Position numbers and translations under genes: made by a program. Below are positions 47,145 to 56,408 of a stretch of 64,000 nucleotides of DNA, one piece after another; the first letter of the stretch is position 1; each line of letters starts with the position of its first letter. The notes beneath the pieces are model-generated. The model worked only from the letters and a program-made list of their open reading frames with translations, had not been told where the DNA came from and ran no database searches. The stretch covers positions 880,342 through 944,341 of the forward strand of contig JAWLHY010000002.1 in the NCBI GenBank assembly GCA_041690135.1. Direction: 5' to 3'. This stretch comes from Armatimonadota bacterium (lineage in GTDB: Bacteria > Armatimonadota > SYMT01).

Positions 47145-49394
47145 ATGCGGAGGCGTTGCAAAATGAGCAGGCGCTTTGTCCTGGGAACCCTGGTCGTTTC
47201 CGCGGCTTTTGCCGCGGGCGCGATACCGGCTGTGGCCGAATCGAAGAAGGAAGCCACCGGTCAGGCGACCCGGCGTGACTGCCAGGACCTCTTCGTGGTG
47301 GGAACGCCGGGGGATGCGTCGTCAACCGGGCGGTTCGTCCTGACCTGGCGGGGACTGCTTCCCGGAGACGAAGAGGTGCGCCTCGACGGCGTACCCCAGC
47401 AGTACGGCCGGGACTACGACCTTGATTTCGAACGTGGGGTGATCCGGTTCAAGCGGCCGCCCGCGCCGGGGGCCGTGGTACAGGTCGCTTACCGGTTGCT
47501 CCCGCTCAATGCCACGCGTAATGGGCCCATGGGGCGGGATGCCCTGGATGCCACGGAGCCGGCTCCCATTCGCCCGCAACTGCGAGCGGTTGGCCGGGGA
47601 CCGGTCGCCCGGTATTTATCGCTTGACCGAGGGCCCGAGGTTCCGGTAGCCGACGACGTGGAGCCGGGGCGGGTCTCTGTGCGCATCGATGGGGAGAAGC
47701 GCGTCCCCAGTCCAACCTCTGGACAGCTTCGTGACCAGCTCTTGAGCGGGCTGCGGCAGACGGAGCTTCAACAGCGAGTAGACGAAGCCGGCCTGGGCTC
47801 GGCCACGGTCTCCTACCTGCGGGCCGACGCCCTGGATCCGCGCACGGCGCAGGATGCCCGGGAAGAGTTTCGTTCCAGCCTCGACCTGCGGCCCGACGCC
47901 GCCAGTCGCCTGCAGTTTTCGAACTACCTTTCGCGTGAGAGCATCTTTTCGGAAGACTACGAGGAGATCGAGCGCCGCCAACTCCAGTTCGAGAAGACCT
48001 GGGGCCAGTCGACCGTCGGCTTGCTGTGGAACCGGCAGCGTCGCGACGGGTTCGGGATGGCGAACGCCCTGGATGCGCTCTCCCTCACCCTCAGCCATCC
48101 CTTCAATCGCCACCTGAGCGCGGAAGGGTTGTTCTCTTTCGAGAATTCCCTCTACCGTGGACAGGAGACGAGCGGGCTGTTCACCCTCCGCGAGCGGTTC
48201 AATCGCTGGCTCAGTGGGCAGGCGAGTGTTCAGCATCGCGACTCGGCGTTTTCCGGTGCGACGCTCGAGACCGGGGTCACGCTTTCGGCGCGGCCCGGGA
48301 ACAACGCGGAAGCGGAGTTTGCGTTTCAGGAAGCCTATTCCGAACGCTACGGACGCTATCAGCGTCTGGCCTCCGAAATCAATGCCGCGATCACCGAGCG
48401 CGTGATGCTGCTGGGGGAGGTTTCCCGCCGGTACACGCGCGACCTGGGAACGGTGCATTCCTTCGGTCTCGGTTTCAGCGCCCGTCCGACGGCGGGAATG
48501 CTGTTGGACGCTGCCTTTTCCGAGAGCCTGGGCGACGTCATCGGACGCGAGCGTTCTCGCACGCTGCGGTTCAGCATGGACCCTTCCGCGGCGCTGCGCA
48601 TCCAGCTCGGCTACGACCTGCTCGCAAACAGCGATCACGGTCGGTCCGAAAACGGCTTGTGGATGGTAACCGTGGGCGGCCGCCGGTACGTGAAGCTGGA
48701 AGGATACCGGGGAGTGCGGGAGTTTTCCGGTGAGGACCCGATCGAGGACGCCCTGTACCGGCTGGAAGTCCGTCCCCTGGATGCCCTGGCCCTCTCCGGA
48801 AGCTTGCGCCGGATCGGCGATGACGACGACCTCCGCTCGCTGGCCTCGGTAGGCGCCAGCCTCCGGCTGGTGCAGGGCGTGGAAGTTACCGCCACCTACC
48901 GGCGACCTACCGAATCGGATGAAGCGAACCCGGAAATCTCGGGTCGGGATTTGCGTCTCACACTGGCTCCGGTGTCCGGGTTCCGCTTGTTCGGCGAGCA
49001 CAGCACCCGCCCGGAGGATGAACGGGGCGCTCTTCTCGATCAGGTGAACCGCACGCTGGGGGTGGAGACCCACCTGGGGAGCTTCGGCCTCCAGGGCAGT
49101 CTCACCAGCATCCAGGGAAGCCTGTTGGAAGAACCGGGTCGCCAGACGGATTTCCTGGCCAGCCTGAACCTGTCGAGCGGCACTCGCCTCTACGGCGGCT
49201 TGCGCACGTTGGACGTACTGGGGCCGGAACAACTCCGCAGCGAGATCTTGCGCCTGGGCATCAGCCAGACGGCGGGTCCTTCGCTGTTCCTGCTGCTGGA
49301 AGGCCAGTTGGGGTATATCCGTGACCCTGTGGGGGGCCGGGTATACAATCCGGACGACACCCGGGCACAGGCACGGCTCGGCTTCCGGTTCTGA
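47145..49394 (+). CDS. Hypothetical outer-membrane beta-barrel protein (start may be 47163)
   Basis: Signal peptide; DYDLDFERGVIRF motif; alternating beta strands; ends ARLGFRF. Confidence 0.75.
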   Translation: MRRRCKMSRRFVLGTLVVSAAFAAGAIPAVAESKKEATGQATRRDCQDLFVVGTPGDASSTGRFVLTWRGLLPGDEEVRLDGVPQQYGRDYDLDFERGVIRFKRPPAPGAVVQVAYRLLPLNATRNGPMGRDALDATEPAPIRPQLRAVGRGPVARYLSLDRGPEVPVADDVEPGRVSVRIDGEKRVPSPTSGQLRDQLLSGLRQTELQQRVDEAGLGSATVSYLRADALDPRTAQDAREEFRSSLDLRPDAASRLQFSNYLSRESIFSEDYEEIERRQLQFEKTWGQSTVGLLWNRQRRDGFGMANALDALSLTLSHPFNRHLSAEGLFSFENSLYRGQETSGLFTLRERFNRWLSGQASVQHRDSAFSGATLETGVTLSARPGNNAEAEFAFQEAYSERYGRYQRLASEINAAITERVMLLGEVSRRYTRDLGTVHSFGLGFSARPTAGMLLDAAFSESLGDVIGRERSRTLRFSMDPSAALRIQLGYDLLANSDHGRSENGLWMVTVGGRRYVKLEGYRGVREFSGEDPIEDALYRLEVRPLDALALSGSLRRIGDDDDLRSLASVGASLRLVQGVEVTATYRRPTESDEANPEISGRDLRLTLAPVSGFRLFGEHSTRPEDERGALLDQVNRTLGVETHLGSFGLQGSLTSIQGSLLEEPGRQTDFLASLNLSSGTRLYGGLRTLDVLGPEQLRSEILRLGISQTAGPSLFLLLEGQLGYIRDPVGGRVYNPDDTRAQARLGFRF

Positions 49395-49433
49395 CGGACG
49401 CATTCGGTTAGCGGCCAGATTCTCACGTCGGCG

Positions 49434-49890
49434 AGACACTTCCGGCAGCGTGGGTCGGGTCCCATCCGGCGAGCCTTCGAAGGCAGCACTCGTAGGGAAC
49501 GTCTCGTACACCCGACGGAGCATATGGCCGCAGTGTTCCGCCGGACGGAATCAGATCCTGTTCTGCCAGCTCGTGGGAGCACGGGTCCCGGTGCGGTTCG
49601 GTTTGGCACAACGGGATCAGATCCGTTGACTGCGGAATGGAACGGCGTCACATTCCCTACCGTCCGGGTTTCCCCGGAAGTGTCTTGAGCCCGAACCACA
49701 TCGGTGGCGGCTGCCGAGGCGTAGATGGAAAAACGACCTACACTTGCATGCAGCCCACAGGATCTGCACGGCAAGTGACCCACTACGACCGTTTCATTTC
49801 GCTGCTGTGGGTGCCGATCCCGTTCGACTAAACTGGAGAGCCGAAAGCACCGGCCACTGTAGGGGCATGGGTTTTCCGCCGATAACGTCC
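49434..49890. ncRNA. Candidate structured non-coding RNA, unclassified, strand unknown
   Basis: At least five nested helices spanning 49434-49685, plus further hairpins downstream, in a region with no convincing ORF. Confidence 0.4.
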
Positions 49891-49894
49891 ATGC

Positions 49895-51391
49895 ATGTCC
49901 GCCCACTCCAAGAACAGCATCCGCGCCTTAACGGCCGGCTGCCTCCTGTTGGCCCTGGTTGCCTACGGAGGCGCCGTCGATAGTTATTTCGCCAGTGACG
50001 ACTGGTTGATGCTCTGGCATTACGGGCGGATCCCCGTAAGCCGCCCCTGGCAGTTCTTTTCGCCCGAGGTGGTGTGGTTCTACCGTCCGCTCCAGAGCTT
50101 CCAGTTCGGCCTATTCCACCACCTCTTCGGGCTAGGGGAGTGGCCGTACAACCTGGCGCTGCTTCTGCTATACGGCGCAACTTGCTGTGCCGTGTTTTTC
50201 TTCATTCGCGAGCTCACCGCCAGGCCGCTTCTCGCCGCGGGGATAACCGGACTCTTCGTCGCGCAGTGGGCCTATGCGGACGTGCTCCTCTGGAAGTCGA
50301 ACTATAACACTCTCCACTGGGCCATCCTGACCCTGCTGGCCTGCACCTGCTTTTTGCGCTACCTTCGTACGGATGAGGGACGCTGGCGCACCGCGGCGTT
50401 CGTTCTTTGTGGAACTGCCTTCCTGGCCAAGGAGATGGCGGTGAATGCCCCCTTGCTCCTTTCCGCGCTCTGGCTGTTTCATCGCGCTGGAGAAGGGCCG
50501 CAGACGGATGGGGAGGCGAAGCCTACCGCGCGGCCTCGCGGACTCCGGGCTGCGGTGCAGGACCTCTGGCCGGCCTTTGCGATGGCGCTCTTGTACGTGG
50601 TTGCGCACCGCCTCCTCGTACGCGATGTGGCCGAAGACCGCACCGGCTATTTCTTCGTCGGGCCGCTTCAGGCACTCCGGCAGGCGGGATTCATCTACAA
50701 CCACCTCCTGCTCGCTTTCTACGGGGACCCGCTGTTACTGGCGCGCATGCCTCCGCTGCAGGCTGCGGTCCAGGCGGTGGTTGCCGGATTCCTGATCCTG
50801 CCGCTCCTGCTGGCCGCGTGGGCCTGGCGGGGTCGCGACCGTCTCCTGGGACTGGGTGTCGCCTGGATCCTCCTTGCGTTTCTGCCTGTTCTGCTCCTGC
50901 GGGACTTCCACGCGAGCCGCTTCTACTACCTGCCGGCGGTTGGGGCGGCGCTAATCGTCGCTCGCCTGGCGGAGCGGGGCTGGCAAGCCGTGGCGAACTG
51001 GGGCACATCCGGACGCCGCAGCGCGCGGTTGGTGTTGATTCTGGGCATCGCCTACTGGATGGGCGGGAACGTGGCCCGCGCCCGTGCGATCGTTGGAGAT
51101 GATGTGCGCCACGCCGGCCAGGTCCGCTCCCTGTTCACGCTGTTGGAGGGACAGCGCGGCCGGGTGCCGGAGGGGTCGCTGGTCGTGCTCCAACATGCCC
51201 CCGCGTCCTATTTTGGGGGTGGGTTCGGTGTCCGGGAGTTGGTGCGCTTCGCCCTGAATGACGCGGCCGCGGAGGGCATCCTGGAGGGGCAGCGTTTGCC
51301 CGACGTCCGTCTGGCCCGGCTCCAGGGGATCCGCACCGTATACACAGTGGATCTCTCCGCCACCCCGATGCACCTGCAACGCCTGCGCTGA
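49895..51391 (+). CDS. GT-C-fold (ArnT/PMT-like) membrane glycosyltransferase
   Basis: YFASDD, WFYRPL, LAKEMAV, SRFYYLP motifs; many TM segments. Confidence 0.8.
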   Translation: MSAHSKNSIRALTAGCLLLALVAYGGAVDSYFASDDWLMLWHYGRIPVSRPWQFFSPEVVWFYRPLQSFQFGLFHHLFGLGEWPYNLALLLLYGATCCAVFFFIRELTARPLLAAGITGLFVAQWAYADVLLWKSNYNTLHWAILTLLACTCFLRYLRTDEGRWRTAAFVLCGTAFLAKEMAVNAPLLLSALWLFHRAGEGPQTDGEAKPTARPRGLRAAVQDLWPAFAMALLYVVAHRLLVRDVAEDRTGYFFVGPLQALRQAGFIYNHLLLAFYGDPLLLARMPPLQAAVQAVVAGFLILPLLLAAWAWRGRDRLLGLGVAWILLAFLPVLLLRDFHASRFYYLPAVGAALIVARLAERGWQAVANWGTSGRRSARLVLILGIAYWMGGNVARARAIVGDDVRHAGQVRSLFTLLEGQRGRVPEGSLVVLQHAPASYFGGGFGVRELVRFALNDAAAEGILEGQRLPDVRLARLQGIRTVYTVDLSATPMHLQRLR

Positions 51392-51397
51392 CGCGGG

Positions 51398-52651
51398 TCA
51401 ACCCCGCTTGGGCAAAAGGTCCAGCACGCCTTTGGCCGTTTTCACCCACCAGGGCACCAGGTCGCCGCGATACTGTTCGAAAAACGGCTGGTCCGAATGC
51501 TGGCGCAGCCACCGCCGCCAGCGCGCCGGTGAGGCCGCGCCGCGGAGTTCCGTCAGCGCGGCGGCCATCGTCTCGGCTGGCGCACCCGTGCCGATGAGTT
51601 CGGGAAACGGGGACCGCAAAAGCTGGTTGGAAAGGTCCCGCCCGGACGGCAGCCCCTTGAGATACGCCGCGATGAGCGCGGGATTGCTCTTAAGGATCCC
51701 CAGCACCTTCTCCTCCTCGCGTTGCCAGAGGGTGTCGCGCGTGTCGGGCGCCAGGGTTGCGGTCTTCGTGCTCGGTTCGCCCTGGTGGAGGGCATACCGC
51801 ACCTCGTGATAGGCGCGGATCTCCGCCCAGGTGCCCTGGCGAAGCTGCGCGTCCAACCACTTTCCGTAGCGAGTCTCCGGCGCGCGCTCCGGAAACTCGT
51901 TACGGGCCACATCGAAGAGCAGGTAGTCGCCGGCCTGGGAGGGCATCTCCGCCCGGGAGCCCACGGCCATCACGCGAAACAAAGGGCGTAGGGAACCGGA
52001 TTCGTAGAAGTGGGTGCACAGGGACGCCTCGATCCGCTGTGCGGGCTCCAAGGAGGCCAGCAGCCCGCGCAGCAACCGGGCGGCGCAGGCGGTATCCGCC
52101 AGCAGCAGCAGCGGCCGGGGCGGGGTCTTGCCGTTGCCCTCCGGTTCCACCAGGTGCAGCGCGAGCGAGGCGAGGAGACCGCCGGGAATACCCGCGGCGG
52201 CCCCCGGCTCTCCCGCCAGTGGGTCGATTTGCAACTCCAATGCCGGCAGATCGCGCGGAGCGAGGTCCGTCCCCGGCGCCGCCAGGTCGACCGCATCGAG
52301 GAGGGTGAACGGGTTGGCCCCCGTCTCCAGGAAGGCCTCGCGCTCCAGAATGAGATGGTGGGCCAGGTAATTGCCGTCGCGACCCATCGAATCCTGGCCC
52401 CAGTCGACGGTGCGTCCGATGGCCACTCGCCCGGACGGGAGGTGAAAGAACACCTCTTTCACCGGCAATTCTCCCGCCGTGCGTCGCTCGCGGGGGATGG
52501 AGTAGAAGGCAGCCTTTTCGAGGACCTTCAGGTCTTCCGTCCCGACCAGCTCGCGAGACACGGCCGCGGTCTGGAAACCGCGTCCCCGGTTGGCCACGTA
52601 GCCCCGTTCGACGCTGCTGAAGAGATGTTGGAGTGCGGGGATGGCAGGCAT
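51398..52651 (-). CDS. GAP1-N2-domain protein (GTPase-associated protein 1-like)
   Basis: QHLFSSVERG...GFQTAAVS...GQDSMGRDGNYLAHHLIL signature; 2 nt downstream of the GTPase gene. Confidence 0.75.
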   Translation of the reverse strand: MPAIPALQHLFSSVERGYVANRGRGFQTAAVSRELVGTEDLKVLEKAAFYSIPRERRTAGELPVKEVFFHLPSGRVAIGRTVDWGQDSMGRDGNYLAHHLILEREAFLETGANPFTLLDAVDLAAPGTDLAPRDLPALELQIDPLAGEPGAAAGIPGGLLASLALHLVEPEGNGKTPPRPLLLLADTACAARLLRGLLASLEPAQRIEASLCTHFYESGSLRPLFRVMAVGSRAEMPSQAGDYLLFDVARNEFPERAPETRYGKWLDAQLRQGTWAEIRAYHEVRYALHQGEPSTKTATLAPDTRDTLWQREEEKVLGILKSNPALIAAYLKGLPSGRDLSNQLLRSPFPELIGTGAPAETMAAALTELRGAASPARWRRWLRQHSDQPFFEQYRGDLVPWWVKTAKGVLDLLPKRG

Positions 52652-52653
52652 GG

Positions 52654-53508
52654 TTACAGGATTTTGGCGGCGCGGAAGATCCAGAAGAGGGGGTCGCGCA
52701 CCCGGAACGGAGCGGGTTCTCCGAGGAGCCGGAGTTGCCCACTCGCGTCGCGGACCGGGCGGTGGCCGAGCGAGGAGAGCCCGCAGAAGTGGGTGTTCGG
52801 CGGCAGGGAAGCGATCAGGTTATGTGCCCGGCGCTCGGGAAACATCCACCACTCCCGGAAGCGGTTGGAGAGGCTCTCCATCTCCATGAGGTAGGTCTCC
52901 AACTCCCAAGAGCGCGGTGGATGGCCCGGCCAGTAGTCGCTGATGGTGTCCACCCACTCGTCCGTGTTCCGCAGCTCGTCCATCTTGGAGAGAGCAATGA
53001 TCATGTGCTTCTTGTCGCAGCCCGGCACCACCCGCCGCACCCGGTCGATGACCCGAGCCGCGGAGAGGGCGCTGAAGTCCGGCTGCGTGGGGTCGAAGAG
53101 GAAGATGAAGTCGTCGGTGTCCTGCAGGTAAGGGGCATCCGCGAGGGCGGCTTCATCGCTGGCAAACACCTCGCCCGCCACGTCATAAAACGTCAGCCAG
53201 ATCTTCCGGCGGCGTCCTTTCCGGGCGCAGGGCACGCCCATGAACTCCAGTATGGCGGGCTGCGGGTCGGAACTGCGGGGGTTGGCGGGCGGGAGCATCC
53301 GTTCGTCGAGCGTCTTGGCATTGCCGTAGAACACGTCGTCCGCCTTGGGGTTCACCGCCTTGACGGCAAAGCGCTCCTCTCCTTGTTTGAACGTCTCCGC
53401 CAGCGCGAAGAAGCAATCCCAGAACATCCCCGCCAGAAAAACCGTTTTGCCATGACCGGGAAGTCCGATGGTGGCCACGGTACGCCGCTTGGGCCCAAAC
53501 CAGAACAT
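52654..53508 (-). CDS. TRAFAC-clade GTPase (double-GTPase/DO-GTPase-like)
   Basis: G1 GLPGHGKT; G3 FYDVAGE; FLFDP; G4 SKMDEL; G5 SSLG; PFRVRDPLFWI tail. Confidence 0.85.
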   Translation of the reverse strand: MFWFGPKRRTVATIGLPGHGKTVFLAGMFWDCFFALAETFKQGEERFAVKAVNPKADDVFYGNAKTLDERMLPPANPRSSDPQPAILEFMGVPCARKGRRRKIWLTFYDVAGEVFASDEAALADAPYLQDTDDFIFLFDPTQPDFSALSAARVIDRVRRVVPGCDKKHMIIALSKMDELRNTDEWVDTISDYWPGHPPRSWELETYLMEMESLSNRFREWWMFPERRAHNLIASLPPNTHFCGLSSLGHRPVRDASGQLRLLGEPAPFRVRDPLFWIFRAAKIL

Positions 53509-53517
53509 CTTGTCCCT

Positions 53518-55419
53518 TTACTCCGCTCTACCGGCCGCCAGCCCCTGGGTCGGAATCGCCGCATCGGAAGGCGTGATGGAACCCACACCCTCCCACTCTG
53601 TAGGCTGGCTCTTCTCCAGTTCTCCCTCGCTGACGATCAGGTCCTCCGTGCAGCCATGACGATCCTCTGCAAGACCGAGAAACCTTTCTGCCGTAACGCC
53701 GTACCGCACCTTCGCCAGGCGCGCTTCCAGGACGTTGCGAATCGCCGCGTCGGGCGCCGTCTCGGAGACGCAGAAGACCACCTCTTCCCACCGCGGCCCG
53801 GAGAGCCCCGGCAGGCGGGCGATCCGGTCGAGAGCTTCTCCCAGCGCCAGGGGCTCACCGGCGGCCAGGTGCAGCCAGATCTCCTGTATCTCACAGAGGT
53901 CCGGCACGGCAAAGAAGGCGGACGGCGTGCGCTCGGGATCGTCCAGGTTCACCACGTAGTTGAGCCGGTCCGGAGCAGCCTCGCAGAGCCAGCCGCCACC
54001 GAGGTCGTGGCGGTGACGCGAATCCATGGCCTGGGTGAGTGCCCAGAGATCCGGCGCGCAGAGCACGGCCAGCGTACGGACCGGCGCCGTGGGGGTGTGC
54101 ACCCACCCGCTGGCGCGCGGTCCCTCACCCAGGAACTCTCGCGCCGGGACTCCGACCTGGAGGGTGCCGAAACGACTCTCGAGCAGGGCCGTGAGTGACG
54201 GGTGGGGGTGCGGGTTCTCCAGGCAGACCGTTACCTGTTCCAGCCGGGAGGTGTCTGCCCCCGCCAGCCGGAAGAACCGCTGGAGCCAACTTTCCAGCGC
54301 CTGCGGGTGATCCGGTAGGTTTTCGATCCAGAGCGCCTCGACCTGGCGGAATGCGGACCGGAGGGGGCTCCTCTCCGGCCCCGCTTCGGCGTATTCCATG
54401 CAGATCACCCGCGCTTCCCGGTCGAAACGGTTCCGATAGCGGTCCTGTTTGCCCAGGAGGGAATGCCCTTGTCGATCCGTCACGCCCCGCAGGGCCGCGA
54501 GGTCCTCATCCGTTAGCACGGCCAGGACCTGTTCGTGCCGGTCCGCCACCGGTGTTGCCGCGAGGATGCGGGGTACGCGGTCCGCGGGAATGTCGTACTC
54601 CACCTGGTCCCAGCGGGTGGCGAGGACATTGCGCGCGGCCGGCGCGACGGCTCCGGGCCCAACCAGGATGCGGAGGCGTTCGGACAGCGCCTGTGGGGCA
54701 GGCCTCCGGAGCAGGCCGTCCAGCACTTCACCCAAACGCAGCGCCTCCTGCGCGGTCGGCCCGATCCACAGCGCGTCGAGATGGGCAGAGGCGTGCTGCT
54801 CAGGATTCCACCCCTCTGCCGGCGACGCCTCGAGGTCCAGGACAAAAGTCAGGACTGAACCGTCATCGTGATGGGCATAGGTGTCGTGACGTGTCCAACC
54901 CTGCCTCACGGCGCGGCGGAAAGCGTCGAAATCCGCCCGGCGCGGGGCACCGACCACCCGCACGCGCCGCTCGTGATGGACGGTCGGATCGCAACGGCCT
55001 CCGCAGTGGAGGCACCGGGCCAGCACGCCGATACCGCGCCGCGCGCCCCGCGGAAAGAGCTGCTTGCGGCAACGGCGACATGCGTTCTCGCCAAAGCCCT
55101 CGGTCTGCGCCGTCCAGGGGTGGACCTCCTGCCCGCAGCCTCCGCAGCCGTGGCGGAAGAGGCCGAAATGGAGGCAATGCGGGCAGAGAAACCGGTGACC
55201 CAGGTAATGGTGACGGTGAATCTCCTCCTGCTGTCGCAGCCAACCGAACAGGCCGGTGACACCCAACGACACCAACAGGACCAGCAGCGCCCCGCCGGCC
55301 ATCTGCGACAGCGGCAGGTTGGTCCACCGGCCTCCGGCCAGCGCCGTCAGCAGCAGTAGCAGCAGCAATGGAGATAGTCGAGCGACGATTCGCATCAAAG
55401 GGTGATTGGGGAGCAGCAT
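53518..55419 (-). CDS. Membrane-anchored Zn-ribbon protein with three tandem ~140-aa alpha/beta repeats
   Basis: 2 N-terminal TM; four CxxC pairs; three internally similar modules; 9 nt upstream of the GTPase gene. Confidence 0.75.
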   Translation of the reverse strand: MLLPNHPLMRIVARLSPLLLLLLLTALAGGRWTNLPLSQMAGGALLVLLVSLGVTGLFGWLRQQEEIHRHHYLGHRFLCPHCLHFGLFRHGCGGCGQEVHPWTAQTEGFGENACRRCRKQLFPRGARRGIGVLARCLHCGGRCDPTVHHERRVRVVGAPRRADFDAFRRAVRQGWTRHDTYAHHDDGSVLTFVLDLEASPAEGWNPEQHASAHLDALWIGPTAQEALRLGEVLDGLLRRPAPQALSERLRILVGPGAVAPAARNVLATRWDQVEYDIPADRVPRILAATPVADRHEQVLAVLTDEDLAALRGVTDRQGHSLLGKQDRYRNRFDREARVICMEYAEAGPERSPLRSAFRQVEALWIENLPDHPQALESWLQRFFRLAGADTSRLEQVTVCLENPHPHPSLTALLESRFGTLQVGVPAREFLGEGPRASGWVHTPTAPVRTLAVLCAPDLWALTQAMDSRHRHDLGGGWLCEAAPDRLNYVVNLDDPERTPSAFFAVPDLCEIQEIWLHLAAGEPLALGEALDRIARLPGLSGPRWEEVVFCVSETAPDAAIRNVLEARLAKVRYGVTAERFLGLAEDRHGCTEDLIVSEGELEKSQPTEWEGVGSITPSDAAIPTQGLAAGRAE

Positions 55420-55704
55420 GTCGGTGCTTCAGCCGGTTCTCAATTGCGCGGTTCTCCACCGGCGGCGAGCGGGCGCGCTCGGGGACGGTGTTGTTGCGGA
55501 GCCCCGGGGTCCAGCTCGGGGAACATTCCCACCTCTGTGAACGAAGGCAATCCCCACCGGGTTGCGGCTTCGCAGGAGCGCGGTGTCGCGAAGAAGCCGC
55601 AACTTCACTCGATGCCCGTAACCTTCGGGAGGAATGCGGAACTCGCGGAGGGAACAGCCAGATTGGTCTCGACGGTAGAAGCAGCGGGAGAGGGTTCGAG
55701 TTCA

Positions 55705-56280
55705 GTGGCAGGCCGCATCGAGGTGATAACAGGACCGATGTTCAGCGGTAAGTCCACGGAACTCCTGCGCCGGTTGCGCCTCGCGCAGATCGCGCGGAAG
55801 CGGACGGCGGCGTTCAAGCACGTTTCCGACGCGCGGTACGCGGAGGATGAAATCGCCACCCACGCGGAGCAGCGGGGTTGGGCGATGGCCATCTCCACGC
55901 CGCAGGAGATCCTGGAGTCCTGGCATTGCCGGGGCGCTTCGGTGATCGGGATCGACGAGGCTCAATTCTTTGACAGCAGTTTGGTGGAGGTCGTCGAGAC
56001 CCTGGCCTCGCGCGGCAAGCGCGTGCTGGTGGCCGGCTTGAACCAGGACTCCTTCGGGCGTCCATTCGGGCCGATGCCGGACCTGATGGCCCGGGCAGAC
56101 GAGGTGCTGCTGGTGCGCGCGGTCTGCATGGTCTGCGGGGAGGATGCGACGAAGTCTTTCCGGAAGGCGGGCGCGCAGATGTCCCAGGTGCTGGTTGGCG
56201 CGGAACAGGAATACGAGGCGCGATGCCGCGCCTGCTGGCAAACCGGCGAGGAGCAGAAGGGGTTGGGAGCGGGCGATTGA
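55705..56280 (+). CDS. tdk: Thymidine kinase (start uncertain)
   Basis: ITGPMFSGKSTEL, IDEAQFF, AGLNQDSFGRPF, CMVCG, YEARCRAC. Confidence 0.95.
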   Translation: MAGRIEVITGPMFSGKSTELLRRLRLAQIARKRTAAFKHVSDARYAEDEIATHAEQRGWAMAISTPQEILESWHCRGASVIGIDEAQFFDSSLVEVVETLASRGKRVLVAGLNQDSFGRPFGPMPDLMARADEVLLVRAVCMVCGEDATKSFRKAGAQMSQVLVGAEQEYEARCRACWQTGEEQKGLGAGD

Positions 56281-56408
56281 TCTTAAAGATACCAGGCAGG
56301 CGGCGTGCCGTTGCAGGAAGTCCGGGGCAGGTTTGACGAATATTTTGCGGAAGCGGAACACGCTTCTGTCGCGGGTCGTCCGAACGAATGGGTAGGTGTG
56401 AGGCGCGA

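Noticed and set aside
49434-49890. RNase P RNA, tmRNA, SRP RNA, group II intron or glycine riboswitch
   Set aside because: Their hallmark motifs (GAGGAAAGTCC, tRNA-like ends, SRP helix-8 loop, domain V) were not found by eye on either strand. Left as unclassified.
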